The translations under genes were made by a program, and so were the position numbers. This document shows positions 57,134-64,000 of a stretch of DNA of 64,000 nucleotides, in pieces. Each line of letters opens with the position of its first letter. Position 1 is the stretch's first letter. The notes beneath the pieces are model-generated. The model made no database searches. It was not told where the DNA came from and was given only the letters and a program-made list of their open reading frames with translations. The DNA comes from Gammaproteobacteria bacterium (lineage in GTDB: Bacteria; Pseudomonadota; Gammaproteobacteria; Steroidobacterales; Steroidobacteraceae): the NCBI GenBank assembly GCA_031363155.1, contig JANLTW010000160.1, positions 4,113 through 68,112 on the forward strand, read 5' to 3'.

Positions 57134-58441
57134 ATGATTTCAGTTGACTCTCATAGTCTCAGGAGCCCTCCGGGTCCGAATTACCCTGTGCAACTGAATG
57201 TCGACGCCAAAACCTTGGCAACACTGCAAGAACTCCGAGCCGAGTACGGCGATACGATTCGCTTGGTCAAACCGAACAGGCGCGTTGCATACTTTGTAAA
57301 CGAAGCTGCGGACGTGCGAAACATTCTCGTCAAGCACCATTCCACCTATATCAAGGGCCCAGGTTTTGAACGAATAAAAATGTTGCTCGGCAATGGATTG
57401 ATAGTCAGCGATGGCGATATCTGGCGCCGTTCGCGACGCATGATTCAACCATCTTTCAGTCGGCAACATATGCATGAAATGATCAAGGTGATGTTTCGTT
57501 GTTGCATCAAAATCTTGGACAGGTGGAGTGCCATTGCTTCTCAAGCGGGCGCGATAAACATTACGGAAGAAACCAGCGACTTCGCGCTCGAGGTAATTCT
57601 GATTAGTATCCTCGGATCTGATTACGAATCTCGATGTTTCGCGAATGGTGAAAATCCTTTCGCCTTTGTACGCAGCGACACGACGCGCGAAATAAGCGCC
57701 GTGCCGAAATTTCACGAACTGCGAATGATTCTGCTCGAAATTATCGAGACGCGGCGCAGCGGCAAGCAATCATTCGACTTTCTTTCAATGTACATGAAAG
57801 CAACGGATAAAGATGGCGTCGGATATTCGGACAAGGAATTGGTTGATGAACTGTTGATACTGATTGTCGCTGGATACGAAACCGCGGCGAGCACGCTCAA
57901 CTGGATCTGGTTTCTGGTCACCAAACATCCCGTTGTCGAGCAACAATTGCTTAATGAATTTGCGCGGTTGTCGCCGCACAGTTTGGCAGTCAATCCGGAT
58001 GACCTCGCCAACATGACGTATACGCAGCAGGTAATTGATGAAACGTTGCGGCTGTACCCGCCAGCCTGGCTGCTAACGCGCCGCGCGCAACACGATGACA
58101 AGTTGTTGAACTATGATGTTCCGCCAGGCACAGATATCTACATTTCTCCATATATCTTGCAACGAATGGATAAGCACTGGCCCCACCCCCTTCGTTTCGA
58201 TCCAACCAGATTTGCCGCCACCAGGACTCACAGCAACAGCCGACCGTATTTCCCGTTCTCACTGGGTCCGCGTCGCTGCATCGGTGAATATTTTTCATTT
58301 CTCGAAATGAAGACTCACCTCGGATTGTTGCTGCCTAGATTTCGCATGACTTTGATGGATGATGGAGACCCTGAGCCTGAAATGGGAATCCTTATGCGCT
58401 CGGCTCGCGACATCATGCTTCGACCGACCCTACGCAACTAG
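57134..58441 (+). CDS. Cytochrome P450, fatty-acid-hydroxylase-like
   Basis: 435-aa ORF with the I-helix AGYETAASTL, the ExxR motif ETLRLYPP and the heme-Cys loop FSLGPRRCIGEYF. Confidence 0.88.
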   Translation: MISVDSHSLRSPPGPNYPVQLNVDAKTLATLQELRAEYGDTIRLVKPNRRVAYFVNEAADVRNILVKHHSTYIKGPGFERIKMLLGNGLIVSDGDIWRRSRRMIQPSFSRQHMHEMIKVMFRCCIKILDRWSAIASQAGAINITEETSDFALEVILISILGSDYESRCFANGENPFAFVRSDTTREISAVPKFHELRMILLEIIETRRSGKQSFDFLSMYMKATDKDGVGYSDKELVDELLILIVAGYETAASTLNWIWFLVTKHPVVEQQLLNEFARLSPHSLAVNPDDLANMTYTQQVIDETLRLYPPAWLLTRRAQHDDKLLNYDVPPGTDIYISPYILQRMDKHWPHPLRFDPTRFAATRTHSNSRPYFPFSLGPRRCIGEYFSFLEMKTHLGLLLPRFRMTLMDDGDPEPEMGILMRSARDIMLRPTLRN

Positions 58442-58445
58442 CCAA

Positions 58446-60383
58446 ATGCAACTCTATGCAACGTTAGCTGATTTGCTTGCCGATGCGCGCGGCAGCGATC
58501 GTAGCATTCGTTTTATTGACGGCGCAGACGACGAAAGTGTCGTGACATTTGCCGCACTATGGGATCAGGCGATCGGGTTCCTTGGCTCGCTGCAACAGCG
58601 TGGACTGACATGCGGCGATGAAATGGTCATTTTCACCAGGTCGAACGAAAAGTTCGTCGTCGCGTTCTGGGCAGCGATACTTGGCGGTTTGGTGCCGGTG
58701 CCTGTTGCGGTGGGCATCGGTGACGAGCACCGTCTCAAGCTGTTTCGCATTCTTCTTCAGTTGCAACGCGTAGCACTTTGCACGGATTCTGATTTGCTGG
58801 ATAGATTGCTAGAATTATCGAGAAGTCAGTCATGTGACGAAGTCGCGCGCATCCTCGACAAACTAACAGTATTGACTAGTTCTGTTAGTAACGGCGGCAT
58901 GGGCATGCCTTGCAAGGTGTCGCCAGACGATATTGCATTTATTCAGTATTCGTCGGGCTCAACCAGAGAACCGAAGGGTGTTTGCCTGTCGCATCGCAAT
59001 CTGTGTATCAACATTCGAGCTCTCGTTGAACGCGTGGAATGGCACGATCAAGATTCCGCCCTGAGCTGGATGCCTTTGACCCATGACATGGGTCTGATTG
59101 CATACCACCTTTGCCCGTTAGCTGCCGGCATGAATCATGCGATAATGGATACCGGTCTTTTTGTGCGACGTCCATTGCTGTGGATGATCAAGACTGACCA
59201 GCTCCGTGCTACGCAACTTTGCTCACCAAACTTTGGCTACAAACATTTCCTGAGTATTTTCGCGCGCAAAGTTTTGCCAGATCTTGACCTTTCGTGCGTA
59301 ACCCTGATAACAAATGGCGCGGAGCCAATATCGTTTGCGCTATCCGAAGCATTTCTCGACGCACTTGCACCATATGGTCTAAAAAAGAGTTCGATGTTTC
59401 CAGTATATGGACTTGCAGAAGCAACTATCGGGGTTGCCATGGCCAAGGTCGGCGATGAATTTTCCAAAATCATTGTGAATAGACACGCTCTGAAAATTGG
59501 TGATTCTTACGAATCTGTCGCCACAGACAATATTGACGCAGTTAGTTTCGTGAAAATTGGGAGTGCGATTCGTGATGTTCAATTGCGTATCGCCGATAAC
59601 GCGGACAGCGAACTAGACGCTGGCAAAGTTGGTCACGTCCAGGTGCTCGGGGCGAGCGTCGCCAGGCGAATCTATGGTGATGCTAGTGCGTGCGCCGATC
59701 TTTTCACAGGCGACGGCTGGCTGCGAACCGGAGACTGTGGCGTGATCGTCGACGGCAAACTCGTTGTTACGGGCCGTAGCAAGGACATTATCATCGTCAA
59801 CGGCCAGAACTACTATCCGCATGACATCGAGGAAATTGCCTCACGTGTTAGCGGACTCGATCTTGGCAAGGTTGTTGTCGCGGGCAGTAGATCGAGTGAC
59901 GGCGAGACTGAGGAATTGCTGGTATTCGTGCTCTACAGGCAAGACATCCAGACGTTTCCCCGTGTTGTCGAAGCCGTTCGCGCGTCAATTAGTGGGCAAA
60001 CAGGGCTCGCAGTCGATCATGTCATTCCCGTTTCCAAGATCCCAAAGACGACCAGTGGCAAAATTCAACGCGCAAAACTGTTGGATGCGTATCTCGATGG
60101 AGAATATGACGCAGCCCTGAGACAACTTTCGTTCATCATAATCCCGGCGGAGGTCGATGCGGATCCACGCGTTGCGGAACTCGAAACCATCGCCAAAGAG
60201 ATCGTAAAAACGCTCCCCATCGGACCCGACGTCAATCTCTTTGAGGCTGGACTCGATTCTCTGGAATTGACCGAAATTATTCTTGCCATTGAAGATCGGC
60301 ATCCAGGCAAATTCCAGGCTATTGATGTCTTCGATCATCCCACTTTGCGTGGTATTGCCGACTTCATAGCGCACCGGAACTAA
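58446..60383 (+). CDS. Fatty acyl-AMP ligase (adenylate-forming enzyme) fused to a C-terminal acyl/peptidyl carrier domain
   Basis: The track ORF is trimmed to the ATG at 58446, 4 nt after the P450 stop. The AMP-binding core is IQYSSGSTREPKGV, with GWLRTGD and the TSGKIQR Lys. The C-terminal GLDSLELTEIILAIE is a phosphopantetheine Ser motif. Confidence 0.8.
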   Translation: MQLYATLADLLADARGSDRSIRFIDGADDESVVTFAALWDQAIGFLGSLQQRGLTCGDEMVIFTRSNEKFVVAFWAAILGGLVPVPVAVGIGDEHRLKLFRILLQLQRVALCTDSDLLDRLLELSRSQSCDEVARILDKLTVLTSSVSNGGMGMPCKVSPDDIAFIQYSSGSTREPKGVCLSHRNLCINIRALVERVEWHDQDSALSWMPLTHDMGLIAYHLCPLAAGMNHAIMDTGLFVRRPLLWMIKTDQLRATQLCSPNFGYKHFLSIFARKVLPDLDLSCVTLITNGAEPISFALSEAFLDALAPYGLKKSSMFPVYGLAEATIGVAMAKVGDEFSKIIVNRHALKIGDSYESVATDNIDAVSFVKIGSAIRDVQLRIADNADSELDAGKVGHVQVLGASVARRIYGDASACADLFTGDGWLRTGDCGVIVDGKLVVTGRSKDIIIVNGQNYYPHDIEEIASRVSGLDLGKVVVAGSRSSDGETEELLVFVLYRQDIQTFPRVVEAVRASISGQTGLAVDHVIPVSKIPKTTSGKIQRAKLLDAYLDGEYDAALRQLSFIIIPAEVDADPRVAELETIAKEIVKTLPIGPDVNLFEAGLDSLELTEIILAIEDRHPGKFQAIDVFDHPTLRGIADFIAHRN

Positions 60384-60432
60384 TAGGGACAAAAGTGCGT
60401 CAGCAAGCGGGTCGATTCTAACCTGTGCTGTC

Positions 60433-60509
60433 TGGCGCGCCCTGACGGATTCGAACCGCCGACCCTCAGGTTCGAAGCCTGATGCTCTATCCAGCTGAGC
60501 TAAGGGCGC
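60433..60509 (-). tRNA. tRNA-Arg, anticodon UCG
   Basis: The minus strand folds by hand as GCGCCCU-UA-GCUC-AGCUGGAUA-GAGC-A-UCAGG-CUUCGAA-CCUGA-GGGUC-GGCGG-UUCGAAU-CCGUC-AGGGCGC-G-CCA. This is a cloverleaf with an encoded CCA. The backbone resembles E. coli tRNA-Arg. Confidence 0.9.
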
Positions 60510-60550
60510 GCGTGTGGGATAGCAACGCGTCGATTGTAAGCTATCGCGCG

Positions 60551-61225
60551 CTAGGGTCTGGGGACTTGCCGGATTTCGCCGGTCTCCCTGAACCACTGCA
60601 AGCGAAAGGCAACCGCAGGCCGGGTCTGGATGGAGTCGTACCAGCGTACGAGGTTCGGTCGCCCGGTGCGCCAGCTGAAGCCCGCATCGCCCGGCTCGAG
60701 CGCATGCTCGCGTATCGGGTCGCGATGCTCGAGGTAGCTCAGTCCGCCGGCAAAACACACCTGGCCAATATGCAGTCCGTTGTTAGCGAACGCGGCCGCA
60801 TCGCGTTCCATCTGCTCGAGGCAGTTGAATATTTTTCGCCGCTCGCGCTGCATGATGTCCAGGTGCCGCTCGGCGGGCGGGCGCCAGCCCTCGACCCGCA
60901 TATTGGTGGTTGCGTCAAACAGCCCGTCACCGGTCATCATCATACGTTTGGCCGGGAAGCGGCCCGCACCGACGGGATACAGGCCGGTGTCCCGCCCGGC
61001 CAGCGAGTCGAGGTATTCACAAATGACCAGGCCTCCATAAAGGCTCTGGCCGTCGTCCATGACCAGCACCGGGACCTTGCCCAGCGGGTTGTAGTCCCAG
61101 ATCCGCGTGTCAGCGTCAAACGGCACCTGGCGCTCGAACTGCAGGCTGCCTGCGAAACCCGCCTCATGGGCGACAACGAGCACCTTATGGACGTAATTCG
61201 GGTTGGGCGTAAAGACGAGTTTCAT
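60551..61225 (-). CDS. Glutathione S-transferase family protein
   Basis: 224-aa ORF with a thioredoxin-like N-terminus (NPLGKVPVLVMDDGQSLYGGLVICEYL). Confidence 0.8.
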   Translation of the reverse strand: MKLVFTPNPNYVHKVLVVAHEAGFAGSLQFERQVPFDADTRIWDYNPLGKVPVLVMDDGQSLYGGLVICEYLDSLAGRDTGLYPVGAGRFPAKRMMMTGDGLFDATTNMRVEGWRPPAERHLDIMQRERRKIFNCLEQMERDAAAFANNGLHIGQVCFAGGLSYLEHRDPIREHALEPGDAGFSWRTGRPNLVRWYDSIQTRPAVAFRLQWFRETGEIRQVPRP

Positions 61226-61327
61226 TGGCGCTCTCGTTCAGGCAAAGTTCACGCTTCGTAGCTCAAAATTTCACTGGTACTTTAACCATTAGCCCGGCCC
61301 CTGTGGCCCCGTCCTGAGGTCTTGCAC

Positions 61328-61702
61328 ATGAGAATACTGTTGCCGTTAGCCACCCTCGTCGGCCTGAGCCTGGCCGGCAATGCCGCACTGGCGGCCTGCT
61401 CCTACCCGAAAGGGAATATCAAAGTTCCGGATGGCCGCAGTGCAACGCTGGATCAAATGAAAGCGTCGCAGTCCGAAGTCAGGGCATTCGACAAGGCGAT
61501 TGCCGACTATTCCGCCTGCGTCGAGACAGAAACGAACACCACTATCGACACGGCCGCTGAGCCGCTGACTGAGGAACGCAAGGCCGAATTGAAGCTGAAG
61601 ATGGCGCAGAAAATCAATGCGGCCGTCAAGGAAGCTGAGGAGCTGGCCGGGCGTTTTAACGAGCAGCGTAAGATTTACCTGGAAAAGAACAAGAAAACCT
61701 GA
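61328..61702 (+). CDS. Small secreted protein or lipoprotein of unknown function
   Basis: The signal peptide MRILLPLATLVGLSLAGNAALAAC has a lipobox-like LAAC. The C-terminal half is charged and helical. Confidence 0.6.
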   Translation: MRILLPLATLVGLSLAGNAALAACSYPKGNIKVPDGRSATLDQMKASQSEVRAFDKAIADYSACVETETNTTIDTAAEPLTEERKAELKLKMAQKINAAVKEAEELAGRFNEQRKIYLEKNKKT

Positions 61703-61746
61703 GCTTCGGGCGATGACGGTCATGCCCGCTGCAGTAAACTGCGCGC

Positions 61747-62943
61747 ATGATCACGCCCGCGATCGCTGATCGCCTGATCGGCGAACACGTTACTTGCCTG
61801 CCGATTGAATCCCTGCCGCTCGCGCAGTGCGGCGGCGCGGTGCTGCGCGAGAACGTCTATGGCGAGCGCGACGCGCCGCCCTTCGACCGGGTTGCGATGG
61901 ACGGCATCACACTGCGCGCCGCCGCTACGGAAAAACTGCGGGAATTTCGCCTCCAGGCGCGCCAGGCGGCCGGCGACGCCCCGCTGACCCTCGCGGGCGG
62001 CAATCACTGTATTGAAATCATGACCGGGGCCATGCTGCCCGAGGGCTGCGACGCCGTGGTGCCCATCGAGCGGCTGCGCATCCAGGCAGGCGTCGCGCGC
62101 CTTGAAGACGGACTCGCCGTCACTGCCGGCCTGAACATCCACGCACGCGGTAGCGATTCCACCCAGGGGGCGCTGTTGCTGGCTGCGGGCACGCGGCTCA
62201 CGGCGCCCGAAATTGCCGTGGCCGCCGGCGCCGGCATGGCGCGGGTCCGGGTGTCGTCGCAACCTAACATCGTGGTCATTTCCACGGGCAATGAACTCAT
62301 TGAGCCGGGCGAGCCGGTGTTGCCGCACCAGGTGCGCCGCTCGAATGTGTACGGCGTGCTCGCGGCACTGCGGCAGCGCGGCTTCCGGCGCGCAGCCGAC
62401 GATCATGTGCGCGACGATGTGGATGAACTGCGCGCACGCCTGCGCTTTCACCTGGATACGCACGATGTGCTGATCCTGAGTGGCGGCGTATCAATGGGGG
62501 CGCTCGACCTGGTGCCGGGCGCGCTGCGCGACCTCGGCGTGCGCGAAGTCTTTCACAAGGTCGAGCAGCGGCCGGGCCGCCCGCTGTGGTTCGGCATTGG
62601 TCCGGCCGGCCAGGCGGTTTTTGGTCTGCCGGGCAACCCGGTTTCAACGCTGGTATGCCTTGCGCGTTATGTCACGCCGGCCCTGTACGCGGCGATGGGT
62701 GAGGCGCCGATCGCGCCGCAACGCCTGGCATTGCTGCAGCCTTTCGAAGTGCGGCATACGCTAACAAGCTTCCTGCCGGTAAGGATTGTCGGCGATGACT
62801 GGGGCCGCGACTGGGCGGAGCCGCGACCGACCAACGGCTCGGGCGACTTCACCTCGCTGACGGGGACCGATGGTTTTGTCGAACTGCCGCCGGGCCCCAA
62901 TCGCTTTGCCAGGGGTTTTGTGACACGCTGCTGGCGCTGGTAA
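61747..62943 (+). CDS. moeA: Molybdopterin molybdenumtransferase
   Basis: 398-aa ORF with PPFDRVAMDGITL, IMTGAMLPEGCDAVV, ILSGGVSMGALD and GLPGNPVS. Confidence 0.88.
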   Translation: MITPAIADRLIGEHVTCLPIESLPLAQCGGAVLRENVYGERDAPPFDRVAMDGITLRAAATEKLREFRLQARQAAGDAPLTLAGGNHCIEIMTGAMLPEGCDAVVPIERLRIQAGVARLEDGLAVTAGLNIHARGSDSTQGALLLAAGTRLTAPEIAVAAGAGMARVRVSSQPNIVVISTGNELIEPGEPVLPHQVRRSNVYGVLAALRQRGFRRAADDHVRDDVDELRARLRFHLDTHDVLILSGGVSMGALDLVPGALRDLGVREVFHKVEQRPGRPLWFGIGPAGQAVFGLPGNPVSTLVCLARYVTPALYAAMGEAPIAPQRLALLQPFEVRHTLTSFLPVRIVGDDWGRDWAEPRPTNGSGDFTSLTGTDGFVELPPGPNRFARGFVTRCWRW

Positions 62944-62946
62944 ACC

Positions 62947-63987
62947 ATGAACGAAACCATCGTCCCATTCCCGCCTAACGCGCTGCGCGACCAGCTCGCC
63001 CGCCCGATGCACGACCTGCGCATCTCGGTCATGGATCGCTGCAATTTCCGCTGCCCGTATTGCATGCCGAAAGCGACGTTTCACGACGGCTATCGCTTTT
63101 TACGCTCGAGCGAGCGGCTCGATTTCCCGGAAATCCTGCGCCTCGCGCGCATCGCCACCCGGCTGGGGGTACGCAAGCTGCGGCTCACCGGCGGCGAGCC
63201 GCTGCTGCGGCCGAATCTGACCGACCTGATCGGCGACCTCAGCAGCCTGCCAGGCGTCGACGACGTCGCGCTGACGACCAACGGCGTTTTGTTAGCCAAG
63301 TACGCGACCGAATTGAGCGCCGCCGGCCTGAAGCGCGTGACCGTCAGCCTCGACAGCCTCGATCCCGGGGTGTTCCGCACCATGAACGGCGGACTCGGCG
63401 AAGTCGGCGACGTGCTGGCAGGCATCGAGGCCGCGCTGCGCGCCGGCCTCACGCCGATCAAGATCAACACGGTGGTGCAGAAAGGCGTCAACGAGCATAC
63501 GGTGCTGGATCTGCTCGCGCACTTCCGCGGCACCGAGGTCATCGTCCGCATGATCGAGTACATGGATGTCGGCAACCGCAACGACTGGCGCGCGGACCTG
63601 GTGCTGCCGTCGGCGCAGCTGCTCGAGCGCATCAACGCGCGCTGGCCGATCGTGCCGCAGGCCCGGCAGTATCGCGGCGAAGTGGCGGAACGCTACAGCT
63701 ATGCGGACGGCGCCGGCGAAGTCGGGTTCATCTCCTCGATTTCGCAGCCGTTCTGCGGCGATTGCGCGCGCGGCCGGCTGTCATCGGCCGGAGAGTTTTT
63801 CACCTGCCTGTTTGCCCAGAAAGGGTTCGACCTGCGCGGGCCGCTGCGCGGTGGCGCAAGCGACGCCGAGATCGAGGCGCTGTGGCGCGAGCTCTGGTCC
63901 GGTCGCCGGGACCGCTACAGCGAACTGCGTGCCTCGAATCGTGCTGCCCAGGCTAACAAAGTCGAAATGTTTCACATCGGCGGCTGA
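62947..63987 (+). CDS. moaA: GTP 3',8-cyclase (radical SAM)
   Basis: 346-aa ORF with LRISVMDRCNFRCPYCMP, LTGGEPLLR and the C-terminal CGDCARGRLSSAGEFFTCLF. Confidence 0.93.
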   Translation: MNETIVPFPPNALRDQLARPMHDLRISVMDRCNFRCPYCMPKATFHDGYRFLRSSERLDFPEILRLARIATRLGVRKLRLTGGEPLLRPNLTDLIGDLSSLPGVDDVALTTNGVLLAKYATELSAAGLKRVTVSLDSLDPGVFRTMNGGLGEVGDVLAGIEAALRAGLTPIKINTVVQKGVNEHTVLDLLAHFRGTEVIVRMIEYMDVGNRNDWRADLVLPSAQLLERINARWPIVPQARQYRGEVAERYSYADGAGEVGFISSISQPFCGDCARGRLSSAGEFFTCLFAQKGFDLRGPLRGGASDAEIEALWRELWSGRRDRYSELRASNRAAQANKVEMFHIGG

Positions 63988-64000
63988 CGATGGGCAGGCT

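Larger units (their letters stand above)
56049..60432. other. Low-GC islet (putative old genomic island) abutting the 3' end of tRNA-Arg
   Basis: Lines in this interval are about 50% G+C by hand count (e.g. 57181-57240), against roughly two-thirds or more in the flanks. The left edge is the start of the flavin reductase gene and the right edge is the tRNA 3' end. No integrase is present. Confidence 0.6.

Noticed and set aside
60433-60509. Whether the UCG anticodon of the tRNA-Arg is itself anomalous
   Set aside because: To my recollection E. coli reads the CGN box with ICG and CCG isoacceptors only, but UCG isoacceptors exist in other bacteria. Without the genome's full tRNA set I cannot say this one is unusual.

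Overview
This is a high-GC (by eye about two-thirds G+C), densely coding, proteobacterial-type chromosomal window. I call 57 CDS, one tRNA-Arg(TCG), one TPP riboswitch, three operator-like palindromes, two short tandem repeats and one weak terminator.

Gene content, left to right:
- icmF, divergent tetR, thiolase and ETF:quinone oxidoreductase
- zapE, the giant NAD-glutamate dehydrogenase, a GT2 glycosyltransferase and gpmA
- a THI-box-controlled operon of TonB receptor, PnuC-family transporter and kinase
- bipA and phzF
- a module of membrane protein, wHTH regulator and ABC-2 exporter
- an MBL-cupin fusion with DoxX
- a complete, translationally coupled 7-gene arn (L-Ara4N lipid A modification) operon with a split arnA
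- an Omp85 / sulfatase-family gene pair
- a redox-enzyme-rich accessory block at 39.7-47 kb
- a ModF-like ATPase, phhA-lrp, a block of aminotransferase, dehydrogenase and flavin reductase, a GST, and moeA-moaA

I saw no integrase, transposase, CRISPR array, prophage or recognisable defence genes.

Two things stand out:
1. A short asymmetric word is scattered through the whole window. Its core is CTAAC/GTTAG, most often SCTAACAA/TTGTTAGS. It occurs about once per 450 bp, on both strands, in genes and between them. Inside genes it is written with codons that are otherwise disfavoured here (TTG-TTA Leu-Leu, CTA). My hand count is far above what base composition predicts, and I cannot match it to any described element.
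2. A low-GC islet of about 4.4 kb abuts the 3' end of tRNA-Arg. It carries a DUF374-like acyltransferase, a fatty-acid-type P450 and a fatty acyl-AMP ligase fused to a carrier-protein domain.

All counts are manual and approximate. All function calls rest on motif recognition in the supplied translations or in my own translations, not on database searches.
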